The notes under the pieces: generated by a model
Seen by the model: only the letters and a program-made list of their open reading frames with translations
Told to the model about the DNA's origin: nothing
Database searches by the model: none
Shown here: in pieces, positions 60,244 to 64,000 of the stretch
How positions within the stretch are numbered: the stretch's first letter is position 1
Layout of the letters: every line of letters begins with the position of its first letter
Made by a program: the position numbers and the translations under genes
DNA from: Chloroflexota bacterium
GTDB taxonomy: Bacteria; Chloroflexota; UBA11872
DNA length: 64,000 nt
Direction: 5' to 3'
Assembly (NCBI GenBank): GCA_965219705.1
Contig: OZ244789.1
Location: 2,478,580-2,542,579 of the forward strand

Positions 60244-61386
60244 ATGCACCGCACGCGATTGCCGAACCGCGTCTACGCCGAACTGGGCGTGCCACTCGTG
60301 ATCCACGCCGGCGGGCCCACCACCAACTACGGCGGCTCGCTGATGCGGCCGGACACGCTGGAGGCGATGGCCGAGGCGGGGCGGGCGTTCGTATCGGTCG
60401 AGACGCTCAACCGCCGCATCGGCGCCTACATCGCCGAGGTCACCGGCGCCGAAGCGGGCATGGTCGTTGCCGGGGCGGCCGCCGGGATGGTCCTCTCGCT
60501 CGCCGCGTGCATTACGGGCACCGACCTCGCGGCCATTCGGCGCCTGCCGGACACGACGGGCCTCAAGGACGAGATGGTCATCCAGAAGATCCATCGCGGA
60601 CCCTATAGCCACATGTACAGCTTCACCGGAGCGCGGCTGGTCGAGATCGGCAACGTGTCGTCGTGCCTTCCCGAGGAGCTCGCGGCCGCACTCACCGAGC
60701 GCACGGCGGCGGTGGCGTTTCTCATCGCACCGGGGAATCCGCGCGGCGGTCTGACGTTGCCGCAGGTGGCCGAAATCGCCCACGGGCGCGGTATTCCGGT
60801 GATCGTGGATGCGGCCATGACAGTGCCGCCGTGCGACAACCTGACGCGCTTCATCCGCGAGGGCGCCGATCTGGTCACCATGAGCGGCGGCAAGGTGATC
60901 CGCGGTCCCCAGGCGACCGGACTGCTCTACGGACGCGGCCACCTCATTGAGGCGGCCCACCTCAACAGCAGCCCAAACCACGCCATAGGCCGCCCGTCCA
61001 AGGTGGCCAAAGAGGAGATGGTGGGCCTGTACGCCGCGCTGCGCAGCTACATGGACAGCGACGAGGCGGAGATGATGCGGGAGTTCCGCGAGCTGGTCGA
61101 GATCATCGTCGACGACGTGGGCGAGATCGACGGCGTGCGCGCGACTGTCGAATTCGACGACGACCGCTACTTCGTGCCGACCGCGGTTGTCGGATTCGAG
61201 CCCGGCTGGACGGGACCCGACGTGCAGGCCATTGGCGACGCGCTCCTGGTCGGCGATCCGGCCATCTACGTCCGCGTCGATCCCGCGCGCGACCTGCTGG
61301 AGGCCTACTCGGCCAACCTGCAACCCGGCGAGCCGGAGTTCATCGCGCGGCGGCTGTGCGAGGTGCTGACGGAAGCCGCCTCCTAG
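60244..61386 (+). CDS. SelA-like/DgaE-like PLP-dependent enzyme (L-seryl-tRNA selenium transferase family fold)
   Basis: The motif SGGKVIRGPQATGLL (Schiff-base Lys) and the N-terminus NYGGSLMRPDTLEAMAEA are present. The protein is 380 aa. Confidence 0.75.
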   Translation: MHRTRLPNRVYAELGVPLVIHAGGPTTNYGGSLMRPDTLEAMAEAGRAFVSVETLNRRIGAYIAEVTGAEAGMVVAGAAAGMVLSLAACITGTDLAAIRRLPDTTGLKDEMVIQKIHRGPYSHMYSFTGARLVEIGNVSSCLPEELAAALTERTAAVAFLIAPGNPRGGLTLPQVAEIAHGRGIPVIVDAAMTVPPCDNLTRFIREGADLVTMSGGKVIRGPQATGLLYGRGHLIEAAHLNSSPNHAIGRPSKVAKEEMVGLYAALRSYMDSDEAEMMREFRELVEIIVDDVGEIDGVRATVEFDDDRYFVPTAVVGFEPGWTGPDVQAIGDALLVGDPAIYVRVDPARDLLEAYSANLQPGEPEFIARRLCEVLTEAAS

Positions 61387-61407
61387 CCGAAGGACGGACG
61401 GTTGCGG

Positions 61408-61437
61408 GCCTGGATTCCGGCGTCCGCCGGAATGACG
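61408..61437. repeat. REP module CTGGATTCCGGCGTCCGCCGGAATGAC (reverse orientation of the 39704-39730 copy)
   Basis: It is a palindromic GGAATCC/GGATTCC-type element. Confidence 0.65.
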
Positions 61438-61635
61438 GACGTGCAGGCGATCGCGGTGGCTGCGCGCAGCCTGGGATACGCCCTTGCGAGCGTCGTCTTA
61501 CGCCCTCCCGGCTACTGCCTGACGATCAGCAGCACCGGCAAGCGCGGGCGCTTCTGGTTGCGGCTCATAAGCCACTGCCCCCATTCGGCGGCGTGACGCC
61601 GGGGTCGCATCCCGTAGGAGGGGACGCCAAGCCGC

Positions 61636-61680
61636 TTGCATCGGGTTAGTAGGCGGTATAAACTAGTTTGTGTTACAAAC
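61636..61680 (+). promoter_or_regulatory. putative promoter (TTGCAT-N17-TAAACT) with two overlapping palindromes (AAACTAGTTT; GTTTGTgttACAAAC), a candidate ArsR operator
   Basis: It is upstream of the membrane-protein and ArsR gene pair. The palindromes lie at 61660-69 and 61666-80. Confidence 0.4.
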
Positions 61681-61722
61681 CCAGGGTCGGCGAGCGGCCC
61701 CATGACGATAGGCAGGTACACA

Positions 61723-62358
61723 ATGCAAGGGTCAGAATCCGACACGGCCGCGCTCACACCCGACGAGAGTTGGAGCGCCGTGCACGCGACGCTGGACCGG
61801 GCGCGGAGTTCGATGTACGTGGCGGGGACGGCGACGATCCTGCTCCTTTGGGGCGCCATAGTCGCCCTGGGCTACTTCTCGCAGTTCGCCGTCGCGACCC
61901 TGGCGGCTGACTTTGCGGCGCGCACCCCATGGTTTCCCGGGCCGTTGTGGGGCGGCCTGGCGGCGGCTGGGATGCTGGGCAGTGCCCGCATCGGTCACCG
62001 CGCGGGTAAGGAAAACGCGGTCGGGCCCGCCGCTCGCAGCGCTGGGATCAGGGTGTTTCTGTTCTGGCTCGCGGTGATGGCGGCGGCGTTCCTGCTTCCG
62101 GCGGCTGCGGGCTTGTGGGCGACGGGCGCCGCCGGCGCCGCCATACCGCGCGTCACGGTGGGCATCGTGGCTCTCGGACATGTCTTGTTCGGCATCATGC
62201 ACCGCCCCGCGATAGCGGTGGTGGGTGCAGGCTTCGCGGCGGCGTTCTACGTACCCAGCTATCTCCTGGGCGACGCGGCCCTGGCGGTGTCGGCGGTGGC
62301 GACGCTCACGGTGGTTGCGCTGGGCACGGCCTGGATACGCAGGAGCGGCGTCCTTTGA
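61723..62358 (+). CDS. integral membrane protein (about 6 TM), function unknown
   Basis: The start is MQGSESDTAAL. Hydrophobic segments run throughout. The stop is overlapped by the ArsR gene start (TTGA). Confidence 0.6.
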   Translation: MQGSESDTAALTPDESWSAVHATLDRARSSMYVAGTATILLLWGAIVALGYFSQFAVATLAADFAARTPWFPGPLWGGLAAAGMLGSARIGHRAGKENAVGPAARSAGIRVFLFWLAVMAAAFLLPAAAGLWATGAAGAAIPRVTVGIVALGHVLFGIMHRPAIAVVGAGFAAAFYVPSYLLGDAALAVSAVATLTVVALGTAWIRRSGVL

Positions 62359-62669
62359 CCGACGAGGCCACCGTCCTCAACGAGACCATCCACCAGGCGA
62401 CCCGCTTGCGAATCATGACGCTGCTGGTCATGCAGCCCGACACGGATCGGCTCGCGTACGGCTTCATTCAGAAGACGCTCAACCTGACGGGCGGCAACCT
62501 GACCATCCATCTGCGAAGGCTCGAGGACGCCGACTATCTCGCCATCACCAAGGAGTTCCAGGGAGTCAAGCCGCGGACATGGGTTCAGGCGACACCGACG
62601 GGCCGCCACGCCTACGCCGAATACCTCGCCGACCTGGAGAGGGCGCTGAACGGGCAACTGCATTCCTAG
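62355..62669 (+). CDS. ArsR/SmtB-family winged-helix transcriptional regulator
   Basis: The sequence (L)TDEATVLNETIHQATRLRIMTLLV...TGGNLTIHLRRLEDADYL is present. The start is TTG. Confidence 0.7.
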   Translation: MTDEATVLNETIHQATRLRIMTLLVMQPDTDRLAYGFIQKTLNLTGGNLTIHLRRLEDADYLAITKEFQGVKPRTWVQATPTGRHAYAEYLADLERALNGQLHS

Positions 62670-62698
62670 TCGACTGGTTCGAGCTACGCGGCTGGTCC

Positions 62699-62862
62699 CA
62701 TGCTGCACGCAGCGCGGGCCACCGGCGAATCCCCCCAGTTGTCATTCCGAGCCGCAGGCGAGGAATCTAGGACATTCGTTCTCGGGCGCGGGGGATAACG
62801 AAGTGCCAGCCCGGGCCTGGATTCCGGCCCCGTATCGAGTACGGGGCAGGCTTTTCGCCGGA
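62699..62862. repeat. REP mosaic cluster; a GGATTCCGG...CCGGAATGAC element carries a nested insertion of CCCCGTATCGAGTACGGGGCAGGCT
   Basis: The modules are CCCATGCTGCACGCAGCGCGGGCCACCGG, GTCATTCCGAGCCGCAGGCGAGGAATCTAGG, and the nested element at 62807-62862. Confidence 0.7.
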
Positions 62863-62882
62863 ATGACGGATGGGCCGGTTGC

Positions 62883-63497
62883 TCACGCGCCGGCTGGTCG
62901 GTCGGTCGTGACGGAGAGCTCTCGGGTGACCGCGATGGTGTGCCGCCGCATCTCGGCGACCTTGACGTCGGACAGGCTCGTCGTGTCGAACGTGAGGGTC
63001 TCGCCGGAGACGGTGAGAGGTTCATGCGGCGTGTGCAGCGTCGCGCGCATGTCCTTCAGCCGATCGTGATCGAAGTGGCTTGGGTGGCGCTCGCCGCGCT
63101 CGGCGCGCGTCCGGTAGCGCTCGAAGAGCACGCCGGGATCGCCCGTGAGCACGACCTGGACCGGCAGGCAACCGGTCTCGCGTTCCAGTGCGCGGACGCG
63201 GGCGTTGTCATAGGACGGGACTAGCGGCGATTCGATGATCACCGACACTCCGGCGGCCAGCAGTTCGCCGGCCACCCTGAACATCACGTCGATCGCGGCG
63301 GCGCCCAGACGCTTGGAGTCCTGGTAGTCGGTCGCTCCCAGCCGATCGAACAATTGCTCCTTGATGACGTCCTTCACTACCAGCGGCCAGCGCAACTCGC
63401 GGGACAGCGCCCGCGCGAGGGTCGTTTTGCCGGATGCCGGATACCCGTTGACGATCAGCAGCACGGGCAGTCGCTGGCGCTGGTGGGTAGGGTCCAC
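62883..63497 (-). CDS. P-loop NTPase/kinase (AAA_33-like)
   Basis: The Walker A motif is GYPASGKTT. The protein is 204 aa. Confidence 0.7.
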   Translation of the reverse strand: MDPTHQRQRLPVLLIVNGYPASGKTTLARALSRELRWPLVVKDVIKEQLFDRLGATDYQDSKRLGAAAIDVMFRVAGELLAAGVSVIIESPLVPSYDNARVRALERETGCLPVQVVLTGDPGVLFERYRTRAERGERHPSHFDHDRLKDMRATLHTPHEPLTVSGETLTFDTTSLSDVKVAEMRRHTIAVTRELSVTTDRPAGA

Positions 63498-63499
63498 GC

Positions 63500-64000
63500 T
63501 CAGCCATCCTCAAACAGCGACGCAATGAACGCCGTCGCTTCGGTATGTGCTTCCGGTGACGCTGCGGCAGGATCGCGCAGGTGGGCGGAGGTGGGCTCGT
63601 CGGGCCAGAGCCCGCCGGCGGGCGCCGTGGCCCGCTGACAGAGTTGCTCGTAGAGCGCGAGTTTCGCGGGCCGGTCTTGCTCAGCTACGGCCTGCTGAAA
63701 CAGGGTCAAGAACGCGGGATCGTGCTCACGCAGATGGCTCACGGCGGCCTTCTCGCCCCGCCACCGCATCCCGCGGGTCGCAAAATATCCCGTAAAGGCA
63801 TCGTCGAGGCCGTACAGCATCCGCAAATCAAGAGCTGCGGCGTATGCGGGGTCGTCAGACTTGAGCATCCGGCGGTTGTGCTGCCGGTCGTAGTTGATCT
63901 TGTTCCACGCGCGGTAGGCCGCGCCGGGCTCTGCCTCTGATGCCGCGGAGGACTGGCGAGCCTGGACCTGTGCTCTCGCGAGGTCCCCGTTTCGATCAAG
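63500..64000 (-). CDS. hypothetical protein, C-terminal part (frame stays open to the window end)
   Basis: The minus-strand frame reads ...AWNKINYDRQHNRRMLKSDDPAYAAALDLRMLYGLDDAF...LFEDG-stop, with no stop before position 64000. It is coupled 3 nt upstream of the kinase gene. Confidence 0.5.
   Translation of the reverse strand, partial: LDRNGDLARAQVQARQSSAASEAEPGAAYRAWNKINYDRQHNRRMLKSDDPAYAAALDLRMLYGLDDAFTGYFATRGMRWRGEKAAVSHLREHDPAFLTLFQQAVAEQDRPAKLALYEQLCQRATAPAGGLWPDEPTSAHLRDPAAASPEAHTEATAFIASLFEDG

Noticed and set aside
60244-61386. Selenocysteine synthesis system inferred from the SelA-like gene
   Set aside because: The protein is too short for SelA. No selB, selD, tRNA-Sec or SECIS-containing genes are in the window. 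A DgaE-like lyase is more likely.

Overview
High-GC (~68-70%) bacterial chromosomal window, mostly core genes in tightly coupled operons. From start to end: (1) a BNR/Asp-box sialidase-like gene followed by a four-gene, translationally coupled MacB/DevBCA-like efflux operon (HlyD adaptor, 970-aa double-FtsX permease, two distinct ABC ATPases) on the minus strand. (2) A small accessory islet (9.2-11.7 kb) of decayed restriction-modification gene fragments interleaved with DUF4258/DUF2283 and PIN toxin-antitoxin-like pairs. (3) A second BNR protein, a 67-bp tandem repeat, then eno-larB-larC plus a bactofilin-like gene. (4) An MFS transporter, RNase H, and a dcw cluster mraZ-rsmH-ftsL-ftsI-ftsW-murG-murC-murB-ftsQ-ftsA-ftsZ that lacks the murE/murF/mraY/murD/ddl block, followed by yggS-yggT-DUF167 and hisS-hisH-hisA-hisF. 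(5) A small cluster of tailoring-type enzymes (DapA-like, Zn-ADH, GNAT, PhyH dioxygenase, a 545-aa orphan, VOC), then ltaE. (6) A long-form SRP RNA with its own promoter just upstream of dnaX-ybaB-recR. (7) A complete trp operon (trpEGDCF-x-BA) on the minus strand, preceded by a T-box leader and carrying an extra secreted/lipoprotein gene between trpF and trpB. (8) Two PLP enzymes, an ArsR-regulated membrane protein and a P-loop kinase. At least six families of short palindromic REP/MITE-like modules recur in mosaic clusters across more than eight intergenic regions. No tRNA, rRNA or CRISPR was found, and I found no single intact novel multi-gene system. The most unusual items are the unannotated RNA elements (T-box leader, SRP RNA, MraZ boxes), the RM/TA relic islet, the AbrB-like tail on an ABC ATPase, the eno-larBC coupling, and two genes with start or stop codon anomalies. 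Coordinates for calls I located by reading the sequence myself, rather than from the ORF track, may be off by 1 nt.
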